Source of the DNA: Eutreptiella sp. 'Long Island Sound 2002'
Lineage: Eukaryota; Protista; Euglenida
Assembly (NCBI GenBank): GCA_964036045.1
Contig: OZ038378.1
Span: 190,402,001 to 190,466,000, forward strand
Direction: 5' to 3'
DNA length: 64,000 nt
The notes under the pieces are model-generated. The model was not told the origin of the DNA. It saw only the letters and a list, made by a program, of their open reading frames with translations, and made no database searches. Position numbers and translations under genes: made by a program. This document shows positions 8,965 through 22,870 of this stretch, piece by piece. Positions within the stretch are counted from its first letter, which is position 1. Every line of letters begins with the position of its first letter.

Positions 8965-11900
8965 GCCAGGCTTGCCACTGACGCGTGGCCGCGGTGGGGG
9001 GGTAGAGGTATGGCTGTGGTACGTACGGCGAGGTGCTAACTTGGAGGCGGAGTCTCCTGGAAAGAGTACGGGATGGCAGACGTGAGCACACAGCAAGCAA
9101 CTGGTCCCGACAACGGCAGCAGGACCACGAAACGGACAATAAGGTGGAACCGCAGAACGAGACGTGACGTAGTGTCGAAATCCAAGTCCAAAATCGTCAA
9201 TCCAAAAAAAAAAAATCGGAACGCATGTTTTTGACGCCAGCTGGGAGTACAGTCGATAGATGCGCAACATGCACCCCTAAATGTGTGCACCCGCGAACTT
9301 TTCGTGTTCTGGACGCTATCCATTAAACTCTCATCCAATTCCGCAGGTATAGCCTCCCAGACACAAGCTTCATGCACGACGCCTCCAGGACGCATGTGTT
9401 GTGATACACAGCAAATGCAACCCGATTGGCCTCCCTGAGCTCATTGAGGTCCTTCTTTTGGACTGTACGCCTTGCAGTAAATGAATGCAGGCCAACAGGC
9501 ATTTGGCATGCGGCCTGCAAATTGTCACGATCGGTGTTTCTCTTCGGTAAATCGTGGCACAGCTGTTTCTTGTGTTGTCTGTATCTATTCCTCGTCTTTA
9601 ATATGTCGGGATGAGCAACAAAGCGAGAAAATGGTTTCCGCAAATTGTGGACAAGACTGATGTTGTTTTCGCCGCGAGAATGGGTGTGTCTTCAGCAAGT
9701 GCACAAACGGTCTACACCACCATTCGGCCAGTGACATGCGTGCCACAAATATCATTGAACACCACAGAACCATCAGCAACCGCACAGCTTTTGGCGATTC
9801 CCTGAAAACAAACGCACAAACGCGTCTGGTTTCCACTTGCCATGGCCAGCCTACAATTCCCCTTGTCCTGAGCACTGATGAATGGCAGGTGCACCATGCA
9901 TTGCAACTGGGTATTCTGTCCGCCTCCCTGTACAGTGATGCTCACGACAATGACTACTGGCTTGGCCCCCAGCATTCAAAATGGGAATCGCCTGCACACG
10001 GTGGTGCGCCAACTACGATGCACTCAGTCTCCACTGGACCAACCACCGGGCCCGTGTGTGTGAGCAGCGGCTGCGCTTGGCTCCCTGTTTGCAAACACCT
10101 CAACGGGGTGGCTCCTTCTTGTGGAAAATGTAAATGTGTGCAAAAAAACTTCACCACACCGTGTAAATTTTTTTGCTGTTAGCGTGTGTATTTTTTTTTG
10201 CTGTGAGCATACGTATTTTTTTTCATTGTCAGCATGTGTAATTTTTTTGAAAAAAAAATCTGTTTTGAAGTGTTTGCCTACCTCTGTGGGATTCATTGTG
10301 CAGATCCCAAAGATATTTTTTCCCAACTCGTCTTGCAGCTGGACATGGTCATGTTTCCATTGACCATCAATATTTTGGGGGTATCCGGGAGGCACTGTAT
10401 ACCACTTGCCACGGATCCACACACCAAGACGGGTGTTATCACCGGCATCATCTGCTACAGCAGGGTTGGTGCTCTGTGAAAAGGGTGCGGGGTCACTAGG
10501 TGTGTTGTTGGGAAGGGATGGGGATGGCAGGCAAGATCATCCGCCAACACACTGTGGGAGGTGGAAGGAGGGTCAACTTCCTCAACACCCTCAAAATCGT
10601 CACCCGGGGGTCAAATGACCCGCACAGAGCGATCGGCATTCACAATGCTCAAAGCGTACGACACGAAAGCTGTCGGGGTCTGCCATGTTGTGTAAAATTT
10701 TTTGTTGCTGTCACGTCATGTAATTGGTTTTCTTTTGCTGTCATGTCGCACACCACGTGACAGAAAAAAAAAGTAAATGAGGCAGCATTTTCTTTGTACA
10801 CATGCCGACAGAAAAAAAAATCCACGACGTACAACAACCTCCTTCCTCCTTCCCTCCACCAATCTCTGGGCATTTAGATGCTGCTGCGCTACTACGACAG
10901 TCCTATGAGTGGGCAACGCGGACATACACCACATACAGTGTCCCATCAGAACGAGCTTGGAGCAGCATGTGGTCAACTGCAAAGGCCGCATGACCAAAGC
11001 CTTGCAGAAGTGGGGAGGGGGGATAAAAGACTCAGGTGTATTGGCTTTATCCCAACTTTCTGAGATGGGGTTGAGCTAGTGCAGCTGTTAGTCGTATCAT
11101 TTGGATGAACAGGGGGATGGAGGTGGATCCGGTGCTGGCGGCTAGGGGGTGGGGGATTGGTGGCATTGCCGAGGTTTGGGAATCACAACAATTAGCCTGG
11201 CAACTGGATCTGTGGGAACGTGCCTGCACCTGGGAGCAGCATGGGCTAATTAATGAAGGCGAGCTGTGCAAAGGTGCAGGTGGATCCTTTTGTTGACTAA
11301 ACTTGTTGAACACAGCCCAAGAGCGACTGCATTGTAACTACTCAAAGGCAGGCACATTGCTTCAAAGAGGAGCGTGAAAGAAATTGGTGTGGAAATATGC
11401 AGTGCAAAAAACTCACTGTCAGAGCAAGGGAAAGTGGAGGGGTGGAGGCGGATAAGATCCAGCGGCAAGGCGTGGGGCGGTGCACACAGCACACCCGCAC
11501 TGTGCCGAGGGGGATAGCAAAGGAGGGGGGGGAGGCGAGCCCGCCATGAGCCATGAAATACACCTTGCAGCAGGCCTTGTCTCGCTGAGCCACTGTCACT
11601 TGTCGCTGGGGACCGACGGTGGCGGCTTGGCTTCTGGGATCCTGGTGTAGAGCCAGGTGAAGCACGCCGCTCCACATTCGGGGACTTGAGGACAAAGTCA
11701 AGGCTATGGGAGCGCGGATCTAGGGCGTGGACTTGCTTCTGAGGTGTCTGGAACAGTTGGCTGGGCTGTAAATCCGGGGGAGTGTGAGCACGCAATGGAG
11801 ACTGGAGTTGAGGCTCCAGTGCTGCGCTCAGGGGATTGGCAGCGCTTGGAAGCTGGCTCGAATCCCCTACAAGCATCTGGAATGAATGATGGTGGAATTA

Positions 11901-14900
11901 TCGGGTTTGCCTTCGATTGCCGTAGCATCCCCCCCCCTTCCCCAGAGTCAGTAGGAAGGTAAGGATAGGCCAGGCAGGGAGAGGCAGGGCACAAAGTGGT
12001 GAGAAGCAAATGGGCGCCACCGCCTATGGAGGGAAAAGGTTCAGGGAAAGGGCAAGGGTAAGTGGCGAGAGGCCAATAGGCGCCGCCAGCTACAGACAGC
12101 ATTACAACCAGGCGTCATGCCAAACCCCCCTTCCCCAGAGCCGCCGGCGTACTCTGTCCATCATCTTCACCCTGAACTCCTCTATCCGTACGGCTACTGC
12201 TGGGATTGGCTCTGCAATATTTCCACACACACGCTCATGAACAATGGCAGCTGCCCCACCGTCGCCTCGAGCCAACTCGCCGGTCTGTCAGGATAGTCAG
12301 GAGGTCAACAGGCCGGACTGTCGGGACACAACCAGCTAACTCCCCCATAGACCACCAACTGGCCATTGGAGGACCCAAACAAGTACGATTGGAAGTCAGT
12401 GCTACTATGTACTAGTGTATAATCGGCCGTGCATTTTGCATGTTACTAGGAAGTACCTCAAGTCGGTTCTACTGCCAGCAGCAGAACACACTCGTGTTGT
12501 ATTTGTAGTTCTAGAAATGGTTTGTCGAATCAAAAACTGCTTACCGGTGCTGGTACCAGCAATCATGTGCATTTTACTACTAGCAGTAGAAATCATACGA
12601 AAAATGCCAAACATGTAGTCGCCCCCCATTTGATTGAAATTTCAACAGTTTCAAAAAAAGGCGCTTTTCTAAAAACTGGTGTTATTGGGGTGGGTGTGCG
12701 TATTGACTCAGAATGTAGACTTCGCACCCCCAAGGTATCTTCATGTCGGGTACTGCCACCCTCAGCACCTCTTGAAGTACGTGCATTCGTCCGCTAGGAC
12801 CCCTTGGATCGGCCGGTTGTCGCCGCAAACCTGGACCACGATGGTGTCACCCACCAACATTGCGGCTAGGCTCACCATTGGGACCACCAAGCACAAGCAT
12901 TAGGCCGAACCCACCTGCTTGACGAAAGGGAGCGCTGCCATCGCCCTCAAATTGGCATCTTGTATGGTGGGGAGTTCCTAGATGGGCAAGGGCGGGTGTG
13001 TTACACTGCTCAAGTCGCCGAACCACCCAATTCAAGGAGATAACTCAAGGGCACTGTCTCGCAGCCCAACTCCTCCTACACCCCTAGCATAGAGGCCAAT
13101 GGGTTGGCCTGGTGAGGGTTTGCGAGAGGGCGTCGCTTACGCATAGAAGTGGTCCGCATGGTGCAACTGGATTTGGCCTGTCTACATTGCCCTGGCCAAT
13201 GTCCCAATCACCAACTTGGCCAAACGGATTGATGTCACCGCTCAGGACGTTCACCGCATACTGGGAGCACACATCAAGCCAGGGGGTGAAAATTACCTTT
13301 ATTTTTCAAACAGCAGGAGAGCATTGAAAACGGAGGCAGCTTTCTAACGAGAAATCACACCAAATATGAAGTCGTGCAAGTACGTGATCATTTTTTTTTT
13401 ATATCTGCCGAGGAACGGCGCTTCTGGGGCAGGTTTTGGTGCACCCTGCTCCTTTTATGCGTCCTGTGATTATTTTGCTGCTGACGTTGCCGAAGCTTGC
13501 GACCATGATGAGGTTGAAGTCGTTGCTTGGAAAAGAAATTCCGGCGCTTGCCTCTCCCCCATTACCCCTTTGTGCTACGGTGGCAAAGAAAAAAGAGGGG
13601 AAAATGAGAGTGAAAACGTGGGGAGCTGCGACTCGATTTGTTGCCCCCTTTCCGCCCACCTGCTTGGGCACCCTGGATAGTGCTGTGCCGGTTCCGGAAG
13701 CTCCTGGTGGACGGCTTTTCCAAATGACAGCACCTGTCTGCCGGCCGTGCATTTCGACAATGACTTTGATAATGGGACTGGTTATGGAAATGCCGGCTTC
13801 CCTTATTGTGGAACCCTCCGTATTGCACAACTAGATGAATGAAAGGGTGCCTCTGAACTGGGATTGCTGGGATTAAACTTGGCATCTGGGGTACAGGCAC
13901 ATACGCTAGCAGTTCGGTGTCCATTGCTGGGCGAGAGCGGTGTCCACGCAGAGCCATCCATGGGATAACTGGGCAACTGCACAACACAAAGCAGCAGAAA
14001 CGTCGGACGAATGCAGCAGAATAAACGCGCACTGCTCACACCGAGGGATGTGGGGTCCGTTCACGCGGTTCCTTCATGCGGTCCCTTCAGAGGCAGCACG
14101 GATGTCACCTGATGATGATAGCCCATAGTTGCGCCAAACCAAAGTGGATTTTGTGTTGAAGCCGCCGAGATTTTCTGCAGATCGCCATCCAAGCTGCGGA
14201 AACTCACATCTGCCACGGGGTGGCCCAAAGGCACGGGGCCGTCTAACGAGTCCCAGCCAGCACTGTGAAGAAGCGGGAGGGCGGCCGGTGCAGCAAATGC
14301 ATCAACGCACCATGGGTATCACCGGTCAAGCACTAGCACTCCGCAAAAAGCCACAGAAAAATGATGCAACTTGCATTTGGCTATCAAATACCAGCGTGGA
14401 CAGGTTTAATGACTCCATGAAAATGGCTGATTTGTAAATTATAGACGTTGCACACTATGAGAGCCTACAGGACCTGGTGAACAGGGGATGGTCCCAAAGG
14501 GATGACCGGCTGCTCTACACTTCCCACGGGGTATTTGTTGGAGAACGTGGGAGTTGCAGCACTAAAGGTGTGCAACGCGCACCGAAATGTGGGTTTCGAT
14601 TTTGCCTACTTGTTTTTCCGCAAAGGGCACGCATGCCCTATCAGGGCGGTAGTGCTCACAGCACCACAAAAGCGTCCTGTGGCACGTGCTTTCCCCGGAT
14701 GAGTCAAGCAGGCGCTGTACCCACAGACGCACTTTCAGTCCCCATAAAACATGCGTGCACACTCACCACTCAGCCCACAATAATTGACAAGCACATACAT
14801 GGGTTTGATGGGGGACACGAACGGCTCAAGACTGATGGAGATGTTTGGAGAAGATGGTATGCGCTCCCCAACGCCAAGGTGATTGTATTCTGCAGGCAAG

Positions 14901-15896
14901 AAATCCAGAATTTTGAGGGTCATTGTGTCACAAAAATTTATAAACAGGGGATTCATCGCGACGCGGTGCACTGTGCAATAATGCAACCGGGCAGGCAAAC
15001 GTGCACACCAGTTCCAGTTCTTCCTCCCGCCTGTGCCTTTGGAGTTAAGGGTGGTCGACCGGGTATCGGGAACCGTTCAGGGAAAGCATCATCTCCAACC
15101 AGCGTGTCTTCGGTGATATCAGCTGGACCTCCGCGGATCCTGAAGCCACGTCGCATCACATATTGTGGATGAAGGAAGACGAGGGGTGGCAAATCGCGTA
15201 TGGATACAAATTTCAGCAAGCTACCTGGACAGAGTCTCGAGGCTGAGGTCCAAGTGGCTGAAAGGTGAGCCTGGGCACGAAGAGGTTGGTGTGGCCAACC
15301 TGAGAACACAGCAGGTGCAAATTAACTTTCAAGCTCTCTTCCATAGGGTTAAAAACGCACAAGAGAATGGAGGGGGAAGATCGACGGATTCTAGTTTGTT
15401 TCTGTTGCAGATATTGGCTCGAATTTGTCGTGCAAACACGGCACACCTGTGAAACAAGCCATGCAAATCTGGAAAATTTTCGACTGCAGAACCTTCAAAC
15501 GGGTTGTGCCTGGGTTCGCAAGAATCAATGTATAAAGTAATCAGAATAAAAATGCTATCAAAATATTGTGTTAGATACCTGTCCTTTCCGCTGCGCGGCT
15601 TCATGCCATCATGGGCCCTGCATTCACGTGCTTCAACGCCCCCCCTCAGGGTCCGAAAACGCGCAACCAAAGGGCACTTTTTTCTTTCGAGGAAAAGGGC
15701 CCTAAAACAGCCCCCCCGGGACCATTCGGGTCTCTATGGGTCTAAAATGGTTGTACGGGGTAGGTGGGGGGCTATTTGCGGACCAAAATTTGGAGCACGG
15801 GGGGGGTCAAGTGGGGGTCTCTGAGGTCCTAAAACAGGGCTGAAACAGGGCAGAAAATGGGTCACACGGTGTGCATAGCCACATGGATGATGTGCT

Positions 15897-17026
15897 TCAT
15901 TGTCCATATAGTTCCTCAAATTGCCTCATCAGGGCCTCCTTGGTCCCATTGCGGCGTAGAAGGTTAGAAATGTGAGGGTTAGATTGTTGCCATGTCACCA
16001 CCGCCCCCTTGAGAACCTCCACAGTCAACTTCTCTACTGAACCAGAAACCAAGTCATCACTTTGCAAGAAAGCAAGGAGATTCCCCTCTCTATCCCTTTT
16101 CTCCTGTGACTCCATGGCTTTTACCCTCCCGCCGCAGCAGAACCAAGAGCACTAATATTGTATTGTCCCTGCAGCCGCCCCAATTGCACACGCCCCGGAT
16201 TCGGCAGCCGCACACGTTTCTCACTATAGGTGATGCCGGGGGAAGAAGAGGAAGAGGACGGCGACACCGGTGAAGAAGGTGAAGCAACGGGAGAAGGTGG
16301 AGCAAACACATCGGGTCCTTGTGAAGGAGCACTAGCCTCCGTAGTTCCTTGTTTGCTCCTACCCGTGCTTGTGGCAATGGTCGCCTTGGCACCGGGCCAC
16401 AAAGTTCATGGGGTAGGCGCCACAACCTCCGCACGCTCACATAAACTTGTGAAAATGTCACGCAAAGCTTCAACATTGTCCCTACATTTCCGACAAAGAG
16501 AAATGTTAGCATCTAATGGTTTGGTGGGTAACTTGAGCAACCGTGGCCTAATCATTTGAACAATGTTGTGCCGAGGGTCCTCCGGCAAGATGGGAAGACG
16601 GTCCACCTCCACAACACACTTTTCACACAAGTCACACATGGGGCCCTTTGGAGGTGAGGACTTTGGTGAAGGCGATTGAGAAAGTTTGGCCTTCTTGTGA
16701 GGCGGGGTTTCAAACACAATGTTCTTTGGAGTGGAACTCCGTGTTTTGATAGGTGTGGTGTTTGTGTCCTCCGTGTGCCGTGTCGCACGTTTGGGTGTAT
16801 GTGGTGCAGGCACACCACCCCAACACTCCCTACAACACAAGTATTCACCAGTTGCGTCCCGAAATGACGATTTCAAACGGGGAGGTACGGTGGCAAAGTA
16901 CGAAGTTGGGTTGCCGGTGCAATTCACATGCACACAACAATAATGTTGTCTCTTCCCCTTCTTTGTATTCCCGGGGAATACAGGCCAAGTCGTTGCAGCT
17001 TGCATGATGAAGTGCAATAGAAACAA
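15897..17026 (-). pseudogene. Frameshifted Cys-rich protein fragments ending in a SAP-like motif, probably TE-derived
   Basis: Cys clusters YCCVHVNC, YLCCREC, CDLCEKC and LCRKCR in 16406-17026. LTVEVLKGAV...RRNGTKEALMRQF in 15897-16040 resembles the SAP motif. Frames are discontinuous. Confidence 0.35.
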
Positions 17027-19374
17027 GGAAAAAATGTGGAGCGCTTCCTAAATTGGAGTTGCCAGCACCTAAATTAAGCATTGCCGATACGCCGAAAATC
17101 AGATCCAATATCAAGATTTGCACCATGGCACGCGGGAGGTCCACATGCCCATCTGTGGATGCCCATTGCACGGGCAATCACATACCAACTAAGTTTGGGC
17201 CAAACCGGTGGATGTTGGGAATCGGGAATTGGGAGGTGGGCAAGAATCTAACTCTGAATTTGGAATCGCAACGTGAGATGGCACTTCTAACCCCGAAATG
17301 TGCCTCTCCACAGCACAAGTTAACTACGAGCAACACTCCTGTCGAAGCGCAATCTGAGATCGTGACTAATGATCACACTTCAACAACCAAAGTAACCAAA
17401 AAAGCACTACTTTGCACCACAAAAAGACATACTTGGCCTTGAAGAGAAGGCGGATCGATGAAGAATAGGCACAGACCCCACAGAAGGAGTATTTTGAGGC
17501 ACAAAGACATGCTGCATAGAGCGAAAGAGGTCAGGACAGTCGAAATTCCGAGATCTCGTAAACGGCATTCCGACGCAAAAAAAAAATATAACACATCGTA
17601 GAATTGTTGTACTTTTATAATGGTGTAAAAAACGCATTCTCAAACGATCAGAAAGGTCTTGAAAAATATTCCAAAAAAGAGGTCCATTCTCCCGACACGC
17701 GCGACCATTGAAGCACCTGAGCCCTGCATCCCTGGGAGCTGGTAGGCGAGCGGACGCGGAACACCGGTTGGCATCGCGCGTGCACACACACAGAACCAAC
17801 CAACCCATGCAAAAAATAAAAAAAAGGTCGGTTGAGCTAGATTTTTTTCATCCAACAATTACATTCCTTCATAAGATTCTTGAAAATCCAAGATTGATAC
17901 CTTGGAATTGCCTCAGGCTTACTATAGTACTCCCTCTCCCCCAACAAAGGCATTTTGCTTCCAACCATGCACAACGAAGAAATAACACCCCAACGCCATA
18001 CAATAACCCATTCCCACCCCTAAGGACTCATCTACCCACCGAGACGGGTTCAAGGGCTCTCGATGCGGGTGTATGACTGTGGGTTCGGTTTCAAATTGCG
18101 GGGGGATGCGCGCATTTGCACACATGCATTTGCACACATGCAAAAAGGAAGGTGAGGTGTTTTATCCGTTACCACACAACGAAGTCGAAACCATATCCTA
18201 CGGTGCAACCCAGGTGACGCACGAAACAATGGGGTGATTACTTGATAACTAACGGAGAATGAACCCATGGGGTGCTTGCCCAAAAGTTTCCCCCCTTTCA
18301 AAAGCTTCCCCCCTTGTTCAAAAGCTTCCCCCTCATTATGTGATGCCATTGCAACACATCCGTGCGTTTGCCCAAATGCATGTCTCGTCGGCAAGATGCG
18401 TAGAAATGACGAAAAGCACAAGCGATCAACGCTTGCGATGAGTGGAATTTCACAGTTGCTAGGCTATTGACTACGTCCTCATTTTGTTTGCATCCCGGTA
18501 TCCGTATGCAACCGCACGCGCGTGTTCTTGATGGATGTCGAAGGATCGAAGAAAAATGAGGAACTACATAAGGTGTCATTCTTCATGACAAAGCAAGGCA
18601 AAAGTCTTGCACACCCCCTCGGCACGACCGCCGATTGTGGAAGAGCGTTCATAGCTGCCTGCCCTTGTTCCCACGGAAAACAAGCGATTCAACGAATTTT
18701 TGTCGACCAGTGTGGCCATGTGATCACCACCACAATCAAATGCGTGCCACCGCTTTGGACGATACATCACGGCATATTCACGCTTGAATATTTTCATTCT
18801 CACAACTTAGTCCACAAGAAATGTTGGTTAATGATTTTCCACTCGTGCCTTGAAACATTCGACAATAGCATCTAGATGTGAAGTGTGGGCTCCAAACGGG
18901 CAATTGGTCATAAACGCCAACGAGACGGAAACTGACACTTTGTTCGCACAACTCCAATGGAATCCCAAGCCATTTCCACGCATCCACATCGTCACTGCCT
19001 CGCCTTGTTACGACACGTGCTCGATCAAAAGATGAAACCTCAAAGACTAGGAGGACCCGAATCAATTTGTAGAAGCCAAGCAAAACAATTGTCAAATGCG
19101 CTTGCCCACTTCACGCTCGAAGTGCACGATGTCCCAAACCATGCCTTGTCGCCTCTTTCGGATCATACAGTACTAGTACCTATTTTTTGCACCGTGTCTC
19201 GCGGTGCTCGCACACGTCCGGCCCTTTAACAACAACTACCCTTGGTGCCGTGAAATTGATTTGAGAGTGCTTTGCAACACCGGTCAAGCCCAATGCCCAA
19301 CGCCACAGCGTAGCGCAACAAGCATGGCCACGTTCAGCAATATTGCCCCTAAGAGAATTCTACGACTTTGGCTT

Positions 19375-19498
19375 TATAGGTTGCGCCTTCGCAATGATTT
19401 CAGTGGTGTTGCGTGTATAGGTTGCGCCTTCGCAATGATTTCAGTGGTGTTGCGTGTATAGGTTGCGCCTTCGCAATGATTTCAGTGGTGTTGCGTGT
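19375..19498. repeat. 41-bp tandem repeat, 3 perfect copies, with an internal hairpin
   Basis: TATAGGTTGCGCCTTCGCAATGATTTCAGTGGTGTTGCGTG x3; each unit contains TTGCG-CCTT-CGCAA. Confidence 0.95.
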
Positions 19499-19750
19499 TC
19501 CCTACCACAAAGTTCACCTCTACTTCCTTGTGGACTCCTTTGAGGGTTTTGACATTCTTCTAGGTCCACGGCCGACCCGGTTAGAGAAGGGAACGACGCG
19601 ATACGTCACCGTAAGTCATCTAGTATAAACCTTTCTGTTGTAGCAAGATGATGGTGCCGATCCCGAAGGCAATCTTGCCGTTGTTTTTGTGCCCTAATTT
19701 GGTACCTCCGTTGATGGGTCCTTGAGATACGGCACACAAGAAAGTAGGAG

Positions 19751-22700
19751 ATGCTCAACCGTCTTGCACAACGAGATGTGCAAAAAATTTCTTCGGGGTG
19801 CAACATCACTTCGGTGTCCGCTGTAGTGAAGGAGCTAATCGAGAACAGCGTGGATGCGGGTGCAAAGATCATCGCTATCAAGCTGACGAACACCGGCCTC
19901 TCCAAAATTGTTGTGCAAGACAACGGCGGTGGGATTCCGGACGAGTCCCTCTCGCTCCTCGGGAAACGGCATCACACATCCAAAATCAGTAATTATGCGC
20001 AATTGTCATGTCTAACGACGTATGGCTTCAGAGGCGAGGCATTCAACTCCATTTGCCAGTTTGCCGATGTGAGTGTTCAAACCCGGAGGCGCGACTCAAA
20101 GGAAGGCCGCCAGGTCACGTATGATGAGCAAGGCAAAATTCTCTCGTGGACTACCTGTGCATGTCCCATGGGCACGTTTGTGACCGTGCAAAACCTTTTC
20201 AAGAACATGCCGGTCCGTCGGCAAGAGGCAAAGAAGCCTGGCAAGTTGAAGCAACAATACCTAAACCTCGTGCACCTATGTCTAGCGTATTCTATTGTGC
20301 ACCCGGAGTTGAAGATATCCCTGTATAACGATGAGACGTGTTCGAGGGAGGTCCACAAATCGACGCGGTGTACTGACTTGGTGGCCAGCGTGCATGGTGT
20401 GTTGGGCCCCGTGGCCAAGGGGCTTGTACACCTACGGACAGCGGAAGCATCCACGGGTGTGTGCATCGATCTATTCGTCCCGAGCACTGACGTGGAGTTC
20501 TCGGCCGTCAGCCGCAGTTGCACGGATCGCATGTTCATGTACTGCAACAAGCGGCCATTTGACTCCAAGAAAATTGTGAAGGCGATCCGGAATGCACTGG
20601 CCAACGCGTTTGAAGACGGCGCACGGGGCCGCTACCCAGTGGTGGTTTTGGCCATTGAGGTTCCCCCCGATCAGTTGGACGTCAACTGCACTCCCGATAA
20701 GCGGACACTTTGCTTCACGGAGGAGGAAGTGGTCCTCAACCAAATCAATGCGCTACTGCTGTCTGTGTATGGCAGGTGTGGTGCCGGAGGTGTAGATGGC
20801 AGCATCGACCAAGATATGGCTGACACGCGGCAAAAGGAACAAGGTGCTCGGGATGCATGTTCCCAGCCCAGTGCCAACACAGAGAGGACTGGAAGCAGCT
20901 CGAACGTAAATCGAGAGCGCGAGTGTGTCGATGGTGCGCAGGGGGCTGTCGGCCATGCTCCAATGCGCGAAGGCGAAGGTGGCGGAGAGATGCACGACGG
21001 TGTGCCTGAAAGGCCCAGCACGCTTCTGCCTGTCGCTGAGGTGGGGAGGTCCAGCACGCTTCTGCTTGGCATTCCTGAGAACCCTCCTGATGAATCTTGC
21101 AGAGCCCAGGGTCCAGTGGTGGCTGCGGCTGCAGACGTTCCACAAGAATCTTCGGCCCAGGAAGTCGGCTTCGGCCGAGCCAGTGGCGGGAATGGGGAGT
21201 CTGCGGATCCGTGGGCGTCTGGCAGCGGCCAAGGGTGTATCGTGGGAGATGCCGAAGTGGGGTCAGCTGAAAAAGCTGAAATGGGGGCGGCTGCCCATGA
21301 TTTTGGGGCGGGGGCGGAAGGGTCGCTGGCGCCGGACGTGCTGACAGAAGCACGACCGGTGGCCAGGGCAGAGCAGACCCTGGGCGCATGGACTGGGGAA
21401 GGCCCCGCGGCTGCCGAGTTGGACGTTGGCGTTGCGGGGGGCGACTCAGGGGCAGGAGTGCAAGGGACAGGGTCAGAGACACAGGCAGGGCGTGGGGCAA
21501 AGGGTCAGGCAGTTGAAAGGTCTGAGATGGTGTCAGAAGCGGAACTCTGTGAGGCAGGGCAACAGACGGGGCTGGGATCCCGCGATGGGACGGAGATGGG
21601 GTCAGGGCAGGGGTCCGCGACCGGGGATGCGGGTCGGCATGGGGGTGCCGGAGAGGCACGGCCCCCGTCCGATGGCGTGGATCCGGCTGCCACACCGTCA
21701 CACAGCCTACTGCAGGCCACTCCAGCAGACGTGCTCGGACAAACGCAGGCTGCGCTCCCCCCAGACCTGGGCCTGCGGAGACTCTCGGTGGAGGTCAAGG
21801 TGCCCAAACACACCCCGAATAGGGCGGCGCGGTCGGGCAGTGGTGGTCTGGACCCTCGGCAGCCTCTGATGCCATCGCTGGTGTCCAGGTCTGGGAGTGT
21901 GGACGGGCCCCAGAGAGTGAGGCCTGCGGTGCCTCCAAACCTGCCAAGCCAACTCGCGGTGCGGCAGACTGACGCGCCTGGAAGCACGCAGGAGGCGCAT
22001 CAGTACGTGCGTGACATGAACGCCTACATTCGAGGGGAAGCGACTGAGAGCTCGCGCCCTCCGGATCAGGGTGCTCCGGGGGCTGCGGATGCGAACCAGG
22101 GTCCCGCGCACACGGCGGGCCAGGCTGCTGCACACGCGACAGACTGTGATGTTCACGCCGCCCCTCAAGCCGGGGCTGCAACTGTGGTGAGGGCGAACCC
22201 GGCACCGGGCGGCCCCATGCGTCTCGGGGATAAGAAGCGCAAGCGGCTGGAGGACGACGACGAGGACCGAGAGGACGTCGCGAAGGCAAACGTGGAGTGC
22301 TCCGTCGCCTCCATCGCCGCCTTCAAAGAGGCTTGGCCCCTGGTGCAGTACTACCCGCGCAGCTGCGCTGTCGGGGCCGCGGCGGCCCTGCGCGCGCCGG
22401 ACGGGTTGTGCCTCAGCCCCCAGCCGCGCTCCGAGGACCGGGTGGTGTGCGCGGATACCGTTGCCTGCCACGTCCACGCGGACCTTCCGCCCATCTCATC
22501 CCCCGATTGTCTGGCGCGGTTGTGCGCCCCCCATCGGCAAGCCCTCTCTGAGGCCGTGGGCCACTTCGACGAGCTGAGGGCCCTGTGCCCAGTGAGTCGC
22601 GAGGATTGCGGGCTTTGGCTTGTCTCTGAAGAGGCCGAGGAGCAGGCGCTCTTCGTGCTGGACGTCGTTGCGGCGGAGCAGCTGGTATTGTTCAACAAAC

Positions 22701-22870
22701 TCAGTGCCGCTTTTGAGATCCAACCTCAGCCTTTGGCTGAAGCCGTTGACCTGGGCTCCTGGAGGTCGCGCGATGGCGATGACCGGTTTTCCGACGAGGA
22801 ACTGGGGCTTTTGTCTTTGGCCATGGATCGTGCAGCGCTGAAGCGCTGTCTGCAGATGAATGGCTTTCAG
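19751..22870 (+). CDS. PMS1: MutL-family mismatch repair protein (PMS1/MLH2-like), exon 1 of 2
   Basis: GHKL ATPase motifs KELIENSVDAGA, DNGGGI, HTSK and TYGFRGEAF; transducer domain ending DVNCTPDKR; long low-complexity linker; then the start of the MutL C-terminal domain. Ends at phase-0 donor TTTCAG|GTTAGT. Family call is strong; the exact orthologue symbol is tentative. Confidence 0.88.

Noticed and set aside
9300-15500. Numerous 60-230-aa ORFs that might be decayed transposase or retroelement genes
   Set aside because: No catalytic or family motif could be identified with confidence, and the frames are short and inconsistent.
19375-19498. 41-bp palindromic repeats as a mini CRISPR
   Set aside because: No spacers; this is a simple triplication in a eukaryotic context.
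20745-22723. Antisense and alternative-frame ORFs of 130-318 aa over the MutL gene
   Set aside because: Expected shadows of a GC-rich coding exon; no motifs.
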